This document shows, piece by piece, positions 12,111 through 27,001 of a DNA stretch of 64,000 nt; position 1 is the stretch's first letter, and each line of letters opens with the position of its first letter. Source of the stretch: Adineta vaga (taxonomy: Eukaryota; Animalia; Rotifera); contig CP075493.1 in the NCBI GenBank assembly GCA_021613535.1, positions 18,042,001 to 18,106,000 on the forward strand, given 5' to 3'. The notes below the pieces were generated by a model. The model did not search any database and was not told where the DNA came from. It was given only the letters and a program-made list of their open reading frames with translations. The position numbers were made by a program, and so were the translations under genes.

Positions 12111-15100
12111 TAGATAATCGTCAAAAGATTTCTAAAAATATATTCGAAATTATAATTCAAATAGAAAATTATTTATTTGATTAAAGAAAGTAAAGACGAA
12201 TAAGATAAAACAATCAAAACAATACGTGAAATACGTTGGAAATATCTGTAAGACAGTAAGTTACTTGGTATATTAAGGTTACATATGTATTGAGAAATAT
12301 CTGTTTGTTCAAACGATTGTAACAATGAATCAGAAAGATAATTGTACCTTGAAATTTGATTTGATCTTACGTTCGCTATATCTTTGAAATGTAATTACAT
12401 CATTATAGAAAACAATCTTTTATATGCATATGAGCAATGGAGATTAGAAAAAAAAGATTAGTCAGAAAAGATGGAAACAAGAGGAAGCGGCAATCAGTGA
12501 CATATATTGTTGATATAAGCATACCAACATTTATCAAAGCGACAAGAAGTTGATAAGAACAATAACAAAAAAAACAAATCAAGAAAGCGATTACGAACAG
12601 ATCTACTTCATATCTTTGATCCTCCACATAGCGCTCTTAATTCATAATCATGTAATTTTCATCATTGAATATATCCAGGCATAGCTATGTCAAACAAATA
12701 AAATCTCAAAATTTGATCGTAATTGCAATATTCAATGAAAAAAATCCGAATCAATTAGCTATCCTATAAAATCCATATTTTGATAATGATATTCAAGTCA
12801 ATCAATGATGTTAAATCTGTACAGAAGTTCGTTATACTTCATTGCATGTGATGTTTATATTCTTTGTTTTTGTTCATTTATAATAGAATATAAGAAAAAA
12901 AATAGTTGAAATAGAATTATACATCAATCGATACAATACATCAGTTTAACTCACATGTTTGTTATAGCGCAATGATCGTTAGTTAAGGAAAATTTCGTGG
13001 GTCTAACGTTTTCCCCTTAAACAATAATTGAGAAAGTGATAGATTGAAATATTTCAGCGATATGTCTTGCGATATCTTCTGACAAAAACAAAACAAATTC
13101 AGATATGTTTATCCTCAAAGACTGTACAGAATTTTGTTCATATCATTGTTTAATATCTTTCATTATCATAATTTAGGTTATTGGTTACGAGCAAAATTGA
13201 GACACAGATGATATCCTTCCAGTAAAATAATTTTTTTTCTGAATAATATCATGTTTTATTTTAAACCTAGGAGACTTTCCCTATTATTAATAAAATGATA
13301 TAGAGCTCTTGATTTAATCTATTTCAAAAGGTAACTTTGTGTAAAAATGAAGAATTATATATTATATATGGCGTTTGAATTTCAACAGAACATCTTTAAA
13401 TTCATTTAAGAAAAGAAACATCCACTTCCAGTGTTATGATTGATAATGCTTTCTTTTTTATCGTTACATAAAAAGATACGAAGAACAGATAAAATAAATT
13501 TAAATAATTTAAAAAACAGTCCAAATTCAATCGTTATGATATAGATAATATCGATTTCGTTGGAAAAATAATAAAAGATATACATGATATTTCTACATGG
13601 ACACACGTACCAGTTTGCTTTTGTTTTAAAAGATACATTTTTAAGCCCTAACAATCTTCTATCAAAACGTTCAATCTTTAATTTTTGTACACTGATATAT
13701 GTGATGTTATGAATACATTAAAATAATATCTGATAAATGAGAATATTTTTCGAAGAAATCTATTTATAACTTTAAATTTAAATTTTTTAATGAATTAGTC
13801 AAAAAAATGTATCTTATAGATTGTATCACAGAAAGTGTCAATGTACATTCCGACAAAGCACATCACATATGATAAAATATTAAAAATCGTTGCTGCAGAT
13901 GACTATACTAGACTTTTTACATAGAAACGAAAAACAATCCTATTTCAACGATATATTCTTTTTCTCTCTGCTCTCGTAACATTGTGCGTTGTTTTCACTA
14001 TACCACAAGTGAAATTTCGTTCCGATAGAGGTCAATCATTTGCGTCTTACTTTATCTTGAAAAAAAGAGGAAAACTCAATCCTCTTTTAGGATACAAGAT
14101 ATCTTGATGGAAAATCTTTACAAATAGTTTAGAAACATGTTTCAAAATTATGCTAATGTATCATCAACATTTAAGTTATAGAAGATATTGCCTATTTTTC
14201 TGAAATAAAACTAATATAAATTTTTCACATTCTGTCTCTGACGATGTAGTTGTATTTTAAATTTATAGTATAATTCTTCACTGTATATCCAACAATTAAG
14301 CACGATATCTTGACACAGTCGTTACTTGAATCTTTAATAAGACCACCTACATACGTGACATTTAACGTGATGTTGAAAAGAAAAGGATTTAAAATAAGCA
14401 ACAGTTCATATACGGGAGGAAAAAATATACTATCAACAAATCGTAAAGAAGTAAATATTGAAACTTCTGTTAGGCTCGATATTTATTTTCAGGAAATATT
14501 GATAATAATCTAAAGAATTCTTGAACGAATAATAGATTTAATTATATATTCAGTTCAACAATTATAATAACTTTAATCGTTCTTAAAGAAAAACGAAATT
14601 AAAATATCTCGCACTTATTCATATATATCATCCTTAGACATAATTAATACTTAAATAATTTCCGTCATACTCTTTATCATTTTGTAAAGGACTATATTCT
14701 TTTGAAAATGTTAGTTTGTTAGAAAGTAGGTTTAATAGAGCATTTTTCAACATGGTGTGCCATAAGAAGACGAATGTATCGAGTCAGATGCTAATCAAAA
14801 CTATAAGTTTACTTAAATGAAATAAGAAAATTTATTAACAAAAAGATTCTTTTCAGTAATGCAGAGATATATATTTGCATGTGGAAGAAGCAAGAAATAT
14901 CGTGTTCAATCGTTCCTATTCGTCTGACTTCTATATCTAAAAATTATGCATATAATATAGTTGCAAAATTGTGTCGATTGTTTTCTGAAACGAAGGAACA
15001 AATGAATTTGAAAATAATCATGCTCGTCAGTGTTTTTATTTGATAAAACGAACTGTACATGAAACGAGTCAAATATATTACAGAACAATAATTGTTTTAT

Positions 15101-17981
15101 ATTTTCTGAGTTACTAAATACATATTGCAGAGCGTAATATTCAAATAAACCTATTATCAGGCAAAAAAGATGCGTGAGTTCATTCAATTGATGTTTTATT
15201 CACATTAAAACTTTACTGAATTTTCAGCGCAAATTTTTATATTACAAATTGATAAATCTAATAACACAGATTGACATTTGTTGAATCTGTATTCTATTTG
15301 AAAGACCACTACTTCCTAGAAGGTCATCTTATAAGAAAAAGTCAATATGTTTTTTTGTGAGTAACATAACTGTTCTCTTTCTAATACTTCGCTAAACATA
15401 CTGGAAGAAATTTGTGAAAGACATCAAAAATAATTTGAATTGTTATCTTTTTTTCTTTGAAATAACTATGAACTGAATTATTTTTACGAATTATGAGCTG
15501 AAAGGTTTTTTACATCGTTGAATATTGATAAAAATTAGATCAAACGACAGAACGTGAAAAACTGGACATATAAGCATATTTCCAAAGAATATCACTATGA
15601 GCTTTGATCGCAACTTTAGAATAAAAACCAATTATTTAATATTAAGCATAAATAGATTTTTTTTGTCTTTTTGTTTAAACGACATGCAAATGGTTCATGT
15701 ATGTGATCGTTTAGGAAAGATTTATACATAGAAAATGAAAAAAAAAATTGCTGATGATTCGAAGATCAATTATTGATGATAGTGTCGATGAAAATGGTGA
15801 GACTAAATCAGAAATGAACAGTTAAAAATAAATTGCTATTATGTGAAAATGTGCAACTAATTACTCAAAATAAAATTGGTAGTATTGATAAAGTAGAGAA
15901 ATAACGTTATTTCTGTTTAGATTGCTGAACAATATATGCAAGATATTTTCTTTGATCCATCTCTTGCTCTTATAGTTATTTATTTAATTACTTGATTTTT
16001 ATCTCAAATTAAAAGAAGCATTATCAAGATGTTCTTGCCAATAATTTCGAGTTAAATTTCATCATCTTGTCATTCGCTTGTTTTTCAAATGATTAACGAT
16101 TATTTATATTTAGAAATTAGCGCGAGAAAATATTTTCATGACGTGTATTAATCGATTGATCGAGTCGACTTGAGAATAATCGTGGATGATTTTTGTTTGA
16201 ACCGATCAAAGAAAAGAGAAATGTTTTTCCTCTCACACAATTTAGTTAATATTATGGCTTTTTAGGAAAAAAGTATGGCTCTGAAATAAACTCTTTTCTC
16301 TTTTCGCTGACAACGAAATTCTTTATAGAAATTATAATATTTGACGGAAAGAAGAAGGATTTTAATTCTATGCTTTATAATACATCTATTCACGAGTCCA
16401 AGTTAATAAAATTCGATTTTCTTTAAACGAAAATATATCTCAATCTATCTAGTGTATATCACAAAAACTGAAATATTTTCACTTATTGAAGAATAATCTC
16501 TCAATATTTATTTTCAAATTAATTTCACTATCATGGCCATTATCAATTTTTTATCTTCTATGCATAGGTCTCTTCTGAATGATCATAGACACATGAACGA
16601 TGTGCATGTTTAAAATGAAGAAGACGAAAAAAGTTTTTATTTAACGTCGAAGAATTGCTTTTTTTCTCAATTTCTTTTCGGAACATTCTCATGTGCCCAG
16701 TTTTCATGCTCTATCGATTGATCTAATTTTTATCAACATTTAATGATGAAAAAAAGCGAGTTGGACTGTAGTCATATGCACAAATAATTCAGTTGATCTT
16801 TTCATCGAGATACTACTGAAATTACAACGTAGTACGATCAGAAATTCATGCGTTCGATTTTCTCAACAAATTTTCACAAAAATCACCATAAAAAGATCAA
16901 ATAAATGAGTTGAACTATGAACTCTGATCTGTGTTTCGTTATGTCTTTATATTTTGATGCTCTTTTTCCAAAAGAAGACAGTTAAACTATCTAATTTATG
17001 TTCACTCGAAAAAGATGTTAATTCAAAATGTCTATTCAAATTTAAATTTAAATTTAGATCAAGGTTGAGACTTCATGTATTTTAATCGTCATCCTCACAT
17101 ACACATTCATCTCTTTTTTTTTTCGATTGTTCAGATCATAAATCAATAAACGTGTGCTTGGCACATATACATGTATATCAAGAAGGCATAAGAAAAAGAA
17201 CAAGAAGACGAAGATCATTGAATTAAAATAAAAAATATCTTTCTTTTTTCACATGTACATCGATTTAATCTTTAATATTTTAATTGACTTCGACACTCAG
17301 TTGAATTCAAAATAAAAATCTGTTGAAATATTTAAATCGAAGGAATTCATTTATGTTGATTAATCTTTTATCAATAAAAAAATCAACTTACTTTGCAAAT
17401 GATAGATTCTTCTAGAGAAAATATATTCTAAGTACGTGAACGATTTATAAATATATTCTTTTTTTGGATTTAATTTATGAATTTTATCTCTAAGAAGTAG
17501 TTGATTTGTCACTTCAGATAATCAGTCTGAGAGCTTGATCATTTCCTTCAAACAAGATATATGTAGCTTGTTTGTCGTTTCATCTCTCACTCATAAACAT
17601 AGCAGGCAAAAAAAAGAACATACATATTGATACGATCTTGACGTTGATGATAAACATATAAAATATCTTACACCTCTTGATAGGTAAATCATAAATTAAT
17701 TTTAAATGATGCACTTTGAAATATTTATCCCGAATTAATCATAACGGAATAAGTTACTCATTGATATTTTACAGCAAATAGGATCATAAAACTGAGAAAA
17801 ATATTGCTGTTTTTCTTTTATCGAAGAAAAAAAAGAGAAGTACTTGATTAAAGTATTCATTATTTTTATTGAAAACTTGTTAATAATATCGTAATTATCA
17901 TGAGTTGCCTAGTTATAGTTATAATATAAATGGACATTCACCAGTCATATATGACTTATAAAATAAATAGATACTAATACT

Positions 17982-18355
17982 AGGAATAGATTTAGATATA
18001 GTTATACATAGTTACCCATCTAAAGTTTAGGAATAGATAGTGTGACAATCTCTCTGACATGCGCTGTACGCATGACACGGTTTTTCTCATCTAATGGATT
18101 ATCCTTATTTCTGTACATTCTGATGTACTTTGATATGATATTTTCTTGCGTTCTCTTGTGTATGGACGAGTATATAAACGCGTGTTTTGTATCAGAACGA
18201 TGCGATTTACGAGGAAGAAATAAATATAGGCGTAGTTCCATCAGCGCATACATCTCTTCCATCAAAAATCGTCACAGATAGGAATAGATTTAGATATAGT
18301 TATACATAGGTACCCATGTTAGTTTTAGGAATAGATTTAGATTTAGATTTAGTTA
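17982..18355 (+). repeat. Left terminal inverted repeat (tandem ~57-bp units), interrupted by a solo LTR
   Basis: Units start at 17982 and ~18280, plus a partial third unit. They match the reverse complement of 32315-32450. Confidence 0.85.
18041..18276 (+). mobile_element. Solo LTR-like insertion (236 bp)
   Basis: TGTGAC...GTCACA termini, 5-bp TSD GATAG (18036-18040 and 18277-18281), TATATAAA at 18171 and AATAAA at 18219. Confidence 0.75.
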
Positions 18356-19417
18356 TACTCATATATAGCTATGCATAGGTACCATGTCCAAGACTGTTTT
18401 ATAATGGTTGTGGTTTTAATTTTAATGTAATGATTGTCAGTGGTATAGGTAGATTATCATTGTTTATTATGGTTCTGTCCTCATTTTCATCAGAAAGTTT
18501 TGTTTTTTGGATACTCGCATATTTATAGAATTATTATAACGTGAATTCGCGTCAAAGAGTCACTATTTTTGCATGAGTTTTCCAATTATAGTTAGAATTC
18601 AAATCGGAAACTAGATGATTATAAATGCAGAAGTAGACTCCATTCGCTTTACTACTCTAGTATAAGTACCGAAATTGGAAATTTTGCAACAAATGCGTCG
18701 CAAATCGATATGTTGCAGCTGGATTTAAGCCTGTTAGGAAGATTGATGAATCTTTGAGAGAATCCTCGGTAATTTACTGGCGCGAAGTGATAAACATTAT
18801 ACTTAATGGAGAGTAGACTGTCTGCGCGACAGGAAAAGGCAAGGGCGAATATATAAGCTTGTGTATATACAGATGTCTTGGGTGGAACTCAATCAAACTA
18901 TATGTAGTGTTATATATTTTTTAACGCCCTTGCTCGTCGATTAGTGGGGTTTCGCGATTGATTCCAACGTGGTACCTATTAAGTTATATTGTATTATTTT
19001 TAGGGTGCTTACTCATGGGTGATTAGGAGGGTTACATAAAATGTAAAGTACATGTTTCAGTATGATTCAAATTGTGTGTAGTGTTTGACAATACTTGATA
19101 AGGAAATGAGTTTTACGAGTATACCGAATTTTAGGTATTGTCTTGATGGAAATAGTGGCCATGGATTGAGAAAAGCTCGGTAGGATAGGATTATTTGAAA
19201 TTATAATGTGTTTGGTGGGATCTCTATGAAATAAAAGTTAATTCAAACATTTGGTGAGGGTTTTTTAGGTCATTTATACAAAATTGTGTAATGACCTGCG
19301 ATTGGGACGACCTCTGTCTAAGGCAGAATGGTCGACAACTATCATTGGTTCCTTATTTTAAGTTCTTGATTTGCACTGAGTTGAACTGTTCGAAAACCGA
19401 AAATCCTTAATTATATC

Positions 19418-20874
19418 ATGTCGTGCAATGGAATATTATTATCAGGTGCACATTACATACATTTGATCCTACCATCAATCAAGATTTATTATAAACTTGA
19501 TGCTTTATTGAGTAGTTTGTTATCAACAAAGAATAATGGTCAAAATTTGATTGTTATTGGAGTTGAACATATTAATCGAAAACGGCATTTTTTAAGTCTT
19601 ACATTTGCTGATTTATCACAATTAATACATTATCTAGAACCATCGAAACGTACATTTTATGAAGTATTGTGTCAAAATCATCCATGTAAATTGTATTTTG
19701 ATTTGGATGTTTATACAGAAATGTCTTTGTCATTTAATATGAAAGAATCTTTATCAATTTTGCAATGTCTATTCCATGGTATTATTTCAAATTGTACTGA
19801 TCAATCCAAACAAAATTCTACGACAATTGAAGATCATTTTCTGGTATTATCGGCATCAACAGAACTAAAACATAGCTATCATTTAATCTATACAAATACG
19901 TGTGTTCGATTTGAATCACAACAAACAATATTGAATTTCATTAAATTGGTGTTATATCATTGTTTGTTTTTTATATTAACGCATAAATGCCATCAACAAT
20001 TTGTGCAATCAATGAATATACATACCGGTGATAACTTGAATATTTTTTTCGAACGTTTACAAATTATTTTAAATCATACAAATCTTTGTGAGTGTAAAAT
20101 TCCTGCAACTAATATTACTTGCAAGAACTTCGAAAAACTTTTAGTCAAAAGTATTACCATATTTTCGTAATTTATGCATATTGATTTAATTCACATTTTA
20201 TAGATTCAAACGGTATATATCAATGGATATTTGATCTTCAAGTTTACACTAAAAATCAACAAATTAGACTATACAAGGCAACAAAATTTGGGAAAAATAA
20301 TCCTTTAATATTAACAACCTATTTTTCCTTCAATCAACAACATAATGCTCAAATGAATAATATGGCGAATGATGAATATATTCTTAATCATTCCTTAATA
20401 TCATATATCACAAATGACACAAATTTTTTTATATTTTCATTAAACGAGAACAGATGGATATTAGTAAACCAGAGTGAAAACAACATGATTGATTTAAATA
20501 ATATAAATTATTTTAAATCATTAATTATGCCAAAAACATCTTCCTTCGAAAGTACTGCGATACAAATACCCACTACAATTAGTAGAATGGATATTTCGAA
20601 CAAAGAAAAAAATTATGAATATTTTATTTCTAAATTAATAACACAAATATATCATTCAAATGGCTATGTACAATCACGCCAACCAGGAACCAAAAATAGT
20701 TCTTTAATTTTTTATAATATTGGTGGGGATTTTAGATATTGTGAAAGATTGGAACGTCACCACCAATCGAATGGAACTTGTATTATCATAGACACTTGTA
20801 CAAATAAATATCAGATCAAATGTAAAGATCCAGATTGTAGAAACTTTAAGCCTTCATGGAAAAACATTTTTTAA
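19418..20874 (+). CDS. PrimPol-family archaeo-eukaryotic primase-polymerase (exons 19418-20150, 20204-20874; ~467 aa)
   Basis: FYEVL..PCKLYFDLD (motif I), KHSYHL (motif II), IFDLQVYTKNQQIRLYKATKFGK (motif III) and a C-terminal UL52-like Zn finger RYCERLERHHQSN...IKCKDPDC. A 53-bp GT-AG intron keeps the frame. Confidence 0.9.
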
Positions 20875-21284
20875 TATATTGAATAAAAGCTGAAAAACTG
20901 GAAAATCTATTATTTATATTAACGAATAATTTTAGTATCACTGGATTGTTTCTTCATCATTATTACTAAAATCATGTTTTTAATAATAAACTATTGATCA
21001 AATATCAAATCGCAATTTAGAATTATCTAAGAAGAATCAAAAATATTTCGGTAGAATGTAGGACAGCTCGTTACATATTTGAAAGTTATTGACATTAATC
21101 TCGAGATCATAATAACATAGTTTTTGTTTATTGAATAAGTCTTATTCATAGTTTAATATATTTTCAAAAATATATCATCGTTGAATCAACAAAAATAAAC
21201 ATGAAATAACATGGACATATACAAAAAAACAAAGTTCATAATCAATCATCAACAAATAATAATAACAAATATTCATTGAGGATC

Positions 21285-23292
21285 CTATTTGAGATGATAG
21301 AAATATATCATGTTGTCCACAAGTTTGTCGACTGTTTTGCGAATAGGCATTTGAAATAAATGTGAGATAAGCCGATATACTTGAATGGCAAAAATCGGGT
21401 GAGTATTCCAAACATGTGGACACTGGAAAGAGAATCCAAGATATTAAAGATGATAAAAATTTTTAAAATTCACCTACCTCCACGATTGACATATGAGGTG
21501 CAGCACTTTCAGGTAATAAAAACATCAATTGAAACCTTTTCAATATTCATTTGCAATTTCTTGTTGCATAAGACCTGCGGCGAGCAACCAAAGAATACTT
21601 TATTCATTCTGGAAAGTAACATTTCTAGTTCTTCTTGATTATAGGCAAAATTTCTCCAATGAATATGATGATTGGAGTTTAATACCTAAAAAGCGCAAGA
21701 ATTAAATCCTTTTTTGAAGATTAGCAAAAAAAACTTTTTCTATATTAAAACTCATTCAGTTTTACAATTAAGAATTAAAAACGTTATTTGTCTCAACCCA
21801 TTAGAAACTATTCACTTTTTTTTCATTTAAAATTGTGTCTTACTTACATCAGATAGACATTGTAATGTTTGAACGAAGCTATTCTTCGATATCAACACCA
21901 CTGGTAAATTCTTTTCCTTCGCAATATGCAATTGTTTAATAAATAAAGCAACTTGAACATATTCATCTGGTCGTGATTGACTAATCAAAAAAGAAATCAA
22001 TACTCAAGATACAAATTCATATATAACTTACGTTTCAAAATCTAAACCAATTTCACCAACTGCAACAACTTTTGGATGATTCAAAGTTCGACGTAAATTG
22101 AGCTCCATTTTCATATCAAAATGATGAGCAAAGAGCGGTGAAATTCCACAAGTACCATATACACATGGATGATCAAGATAGTTTTTATATTCATTAGTCC
22201 AGTTTTCTAAAAATAATTTATATCTCATAAGAACATAAAAAAAGGACCTACCATATTTTATATGATGTGGAGCAAAGAAAGATTGAATTATGTAAATCAT
22301 GTCTATACCTTTATTATAAATACTTGAATTGTATTCTAAATATTGATAAATTGTTTGTTTCGACTTCTTTAACCTAAAATTAAATAACATAGAACAATTT
22401 TTATAATCTTATTTCTATATTCACTTTTCGAACAAAATGTCGAGATGACAATAACAGTCAGCAATATAAAGATATTCTTTATCACCGTCTTCGTTCAATG
22501 CCAAAACACCTTCGATCATATTACCGATTTCATTTTGAATATCTAACCGACAAATAAAGCGTTGATTATTAATCAAATTAATTCTTGAATCCCTAAAACA
22601 AAAGACATTAACCGATAAACTCATAATTAATTATCTTAAGATTTCATAAATGCTAGGCAAAATATCTCAATCAATCAAAATTTTCGAAAATACCGATGAC
22701 ATACCTTGATAACGCAGGAAGTAAAACATTTTCATTGCGATTATGAAGAAGAAATTCTTCATTATTTGATTGTTGTTCATTCATTTGGACAACAAGTGAT
22801 GCACCTTCACCATTCGAATTTGAAATTGATTGAATACCACGTTGAGCTGAACTTTCTTGTCTAAATATATTGAATTGCTCATATTAAGATATAAAAGTTG
22901 AATTACTTTGGTGAAATTATAGGTGGAGAACTAATACGTTCGTGGAGAGTGTTTGAATTTTGAACGTATTTGTATATCAGCGATGAAGAATTCGTTGGAC
23001 AACGAACACGTGCAAAATACATTTTGACTCCATTTCCACGAGCATATGATTGAAATCTTGACATATCTATATGATATGAATAATATATGTATAAATGCAA
23101 GGAGTCGTACAAATAAAGTAGTGTTTTCCTACTGAAATTAACACTTGAAGGATATTCATCGACCTTTTGATGAAATATTAAACTCGATCTAGAAAAGAAA
23201 ATAATTTTTTCAAAAAGAAAAATGAATTTCAATATTTACTCAATAGCCATTTCTCGTTCATAATTGTTGATGTGTTCACGATCACTAGACAT
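21285..23292 (-). CDS. TatD-like TIM-barrel nuclease homolog with N-terminal extension; multi-exon, possibly decayed
   Basis: Exon fragments ADCYCHLD, VYGTCGISP, HPKVVAVGEIGLDF, LFIKQLHIAKEKNLPVVL, LLPESAAPHM and NTHPIFAIQVYRLISHLF..DKLVDN follow the TatD motif order. Several metal ligands are altered and the frame seems broken near 21550-21700. Confidence 0.75.
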
Positions 23293-24199
23293 AATCAGAC
23301 AATATTTTCACGAATAGTTAATCTGAAAATAATACAACTAAGAGAATAAGTGAAAAATATTCAAATATAATTATGATGTTTGAGAAGACTGCATAAAAAG
23401 TTTAATTTTCAGATCAAACGACTTCATGTTGTTTATAATATTCTTATTTTTTTATATTTTATATATTCTACTAATGTATTCGTATTCGTTGATCGGTTAC
23501 GGTATTGAAACGAATAGTATTCAATATATTTGGGAACAAAATGTAAATCGAAAAATTGATCCTCTATCTTCTTTTTTCGTATTCGTTCAAATCTCGTTCA
23601 GTAAGATTATTCCAATAAAAAGAAAAGAATCAATGGATAGATAGAAAAAAAAGAACAGGATAAAATAATATTTTTTTATGAGATAAGAATTGTTTAAACT
23701 ATTTCCTATTCAATAAAAACACATTAATATGTTTGAAGGCTTTGTTACCAGTTTCTTGCAATTTCTTTGGAGTTTGCATATCATTACTTAAATTAATTCA
23801 CTTTTATTAAAATCAATGCTTTCAGTTTTTTCAAACAGAAACACGATCAAGATAATTGAACGAAGCAAATGACAATATATATCACAACTAAGAAAGAAGA
23901 AACTCATTTTTTGAATACATTATTGTTATTTTAATGTAGAATGTTCATCTCATGTTGGCTATGAAAATATTATTCTATATTTGACGCAATGGGACTGGAT
24001 GGAGGGGAATTATTTTTCACATTCGAGATATAATTAGTTTAATATGAACCAGTATCAATATCTCAAAATATACCAATAAGGAGATAATTAGCCTTGAAAT
24101 ATATAAATTAACGTGACCGATACGAAGTGAAGTTTTATAGAGTAAAGTCAATATATCTAACAAAGTTAATAAGTATTGCTGACAATTGACAAACAAAAA

Positions 24200-26472
24200 T
24201 CAAATGATAATGACAAAAAAAATGTATAAATAATAAGATACAAATGAAAAATGTAGAAAAATAAATAATAACCAACTGACATAAATAAAATAGCTGTTTC
24301 CTTCATCAAGAAGATATTTGTATAATAATATAAATACACATAATGCTTGATATCTATTCATATTCATTATATGTTTCTTCAATATCATCATCTTCTCCTG
24401 TATAATCATCCTGTCTTTGTTGATGTAGTTGATCTTTAGACATAGCCTATGCAATTAAAAACATGAAGGTATTACATACAATATAGACAGAAGAAATCTT
24501 TTTCTTACCATTATTTGAGTCCATTCTAATAGTGTAGTTGTTGGTGATGGAATATTGGACTTAAGAGATAGATAAGGATTATCTGGGAAGATTTGTGTCT
24601 CGAAGCCGTTTCGTAAATGAAATATGAGACAGTAGAACATATTGGAATAAGGCCAAGCAAGAGATCGTAGCGTCGCTTTAAGTTTTGTGAAATGAGCAAA
24701 CAACTGTTCACACACTTGAGTATTCTCTCCCTCAAAAAAAGCTCGATTAACTGGATAAGAACATGATAAAATTGTTTTACATTCAGGTCGTGTGTGATTT
24801 CTACGATGGAAACGGTCAATATAGTATCTTTTGTTTATTAATTCATCAACGTAAGGTGATGACATGAGAGATACACCGTATTGGTGGTTTAAATATGCAA
24901 CAAATGTACAAGCTGAGTCATAGGCAACAGCTGATGATAATATTCCAGCGAGATGAAGAAATTTTAATAGATGATAAGCATTACGACGCATACTTTCAGA
25001 ACGAACACTTTCATTCCACCCAATAATCACATTACAATTAGATACAATAGCCATAAATCCTGCGGTTCGACGTTTATGATTTGTATCATCTTCGTCACGG
25101 TGAACAGTGCATTGATCATTATCTTCGAATTCATCGGATAGTCGTTCAAGTTCAGTTGCTTTTGAAATCGGTGAATTCGGTGGTAAACTTGACCGCATAC
25201 CATATTTATAATGATCTGCACAATAATATTTGCATTGGTGTCTGTCAGCAGTTTTTGAAACAAGTATTCATACAAAGGAATTATTGAACAAAGAAAGAGA
25301 ATTGCGTACCTGACATATTTTTCAATAGACATGACGAAGTACGCAGTGAAGCACGAGGACAACCGATAGCAACAGGTCCCATTTCTAGCACTGATTCATC
25401 ACAAGATGATGTGTATGCACATACTAAACGGTGTGCCTTCATATGCGTGCAAACACGAAATTAAGCATACATGTGCTTTTAGCTCGGCATTGGCAACCTT
25501 CAACTTGTCCGTGACGAGACCAAAATTTTACGAAAGTTTCATAAAAAAAAGTTAGCATTGGCTTCAAAATACACATTGTGAGATAATCGTTGAATAATAT
25601 CTGGAATTTGAATAATTTATAAATTTGTCATGAAGTAAAGATATCGACATATTTCAAACCATGTCCAAGTCTTTTATTAAAATAGTCAAAAATATAAAAG
25701 ATTTAATTATCAATAGTCATGCAAGAATCTTTACCGTTGCAAAAGATTTTGATTGCAGTTTATCTTGAATAGGATCTTGTTTATTAAAACGTCGATTTTG
25801 GTCAATATCAGCATTAGTCGCATTTGTATATGATTGGAAATTTGATGCTGCTTCTTGAATAATATTAGTAAATCCGATTATCAATATATGTTCATAGATT
25901 AAATGATCAAATAAATGAACATATTCTTGTTGAAAAATAGCATCTGGTACAACAAATCTTTCTCGTGTTCGACGATTGCGCAAATGACCATATTTATAAA
26001 TAATATCACAACATTCATTTTTATAAAGTATACCATTATATACATTATTGCGACAAATAATAATACATGTTTCATCAAATTCAGGTTCTTTTAATGTATT
26101 TTGACATATGACACATGTTTTAGTTTTTGGAACTAGTTGATGGATTTGAAAACGATGAGGTTGTAATTCAAATCTGTTTTGCAACTGTTTGATCGCTAAT
26201 AATAACCGTTCATGTTCATTACTAAGTAATACTTGTTCAACTAATTCTGGTATACGATTAATTGACATAATGCTTGCCCAAATATTAGCTTGATAATCAC
26301 TGCCAGTAACTTCATTAACAATAGCCAAAATAGTTCGCTCTCTCTTCCTAAAATCGTCGACAATATTCATTGGATAAAGTCTAACAAGACGTAAAAATAA
26401 AGCTACATGTGATGGTGGAACATCTTGAAAAATATTCAATAAGAATTTTTTATTAGATTCTGACACATCCAT
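24200..26472 (-). CDS. KDZ (Kyakuja-Dileera-Zisupton)-type transposase with N-terminal CxC domain; multi-exon, partly frameshifted
   Basis: CVICQNTL..C..CCDIIYKYG, FWSRH, HMKAHRLVC, RTAGFMAIVSNCNVIIG..ES, AVAYDSAC, IDRFHRRNH..C, NTQVCEQLFAHF and HLRN. Stops or frameshifts at about 25450-25650. The 3' end is approximate. Confidence 0.75.
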
Positions 26473-27001
26473 TGCTAATATTTATATACTAGTATACTAT
26501 CTAGAACTCTGAATTAGATCTTATGAACTTTTAAAACTAAATTAGGAAAATAAAGAATCTGTTCGATTTCTTCGAGAATAGTATCTTCTTTCTTTATTAT
26601 TTATGTAAATAACAAATGTAGAACGAGTAACAATAGAAATAAATAATCATGGAAACAATGGACATATTTTCAGAATTCGAAATGAAAATACAATAATGAT
26701 TATTTGTTTCTTATAGAATAGAAAAGAAGATATTGAACAAATATGAAAGAAAAAAGATACAAGAACAATGTTCAGAATGTTTTTTTCTCGAAGAATGAGA
26801 AATAATCAGACATAGTATGTACAAATATAAAAGCAAATACAGCTATAATATATAACAATGACAATAATAAAATTAAAATAATACATATATGGTAAGCATA
26901 TATATACATTAGTTCAAAATCAATATTCAATACATAATTGATTAAATAAATATGTTGTCGAGGATAACTTGTATAATAAAACATTAATACATAATTGGTC
27001 A

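Noticed and set aside
12200-17900. Short ORFs and possible gene relics in a very AT-rich stretch
   Set aside because: No recognisable motifs or consistent exon structure.
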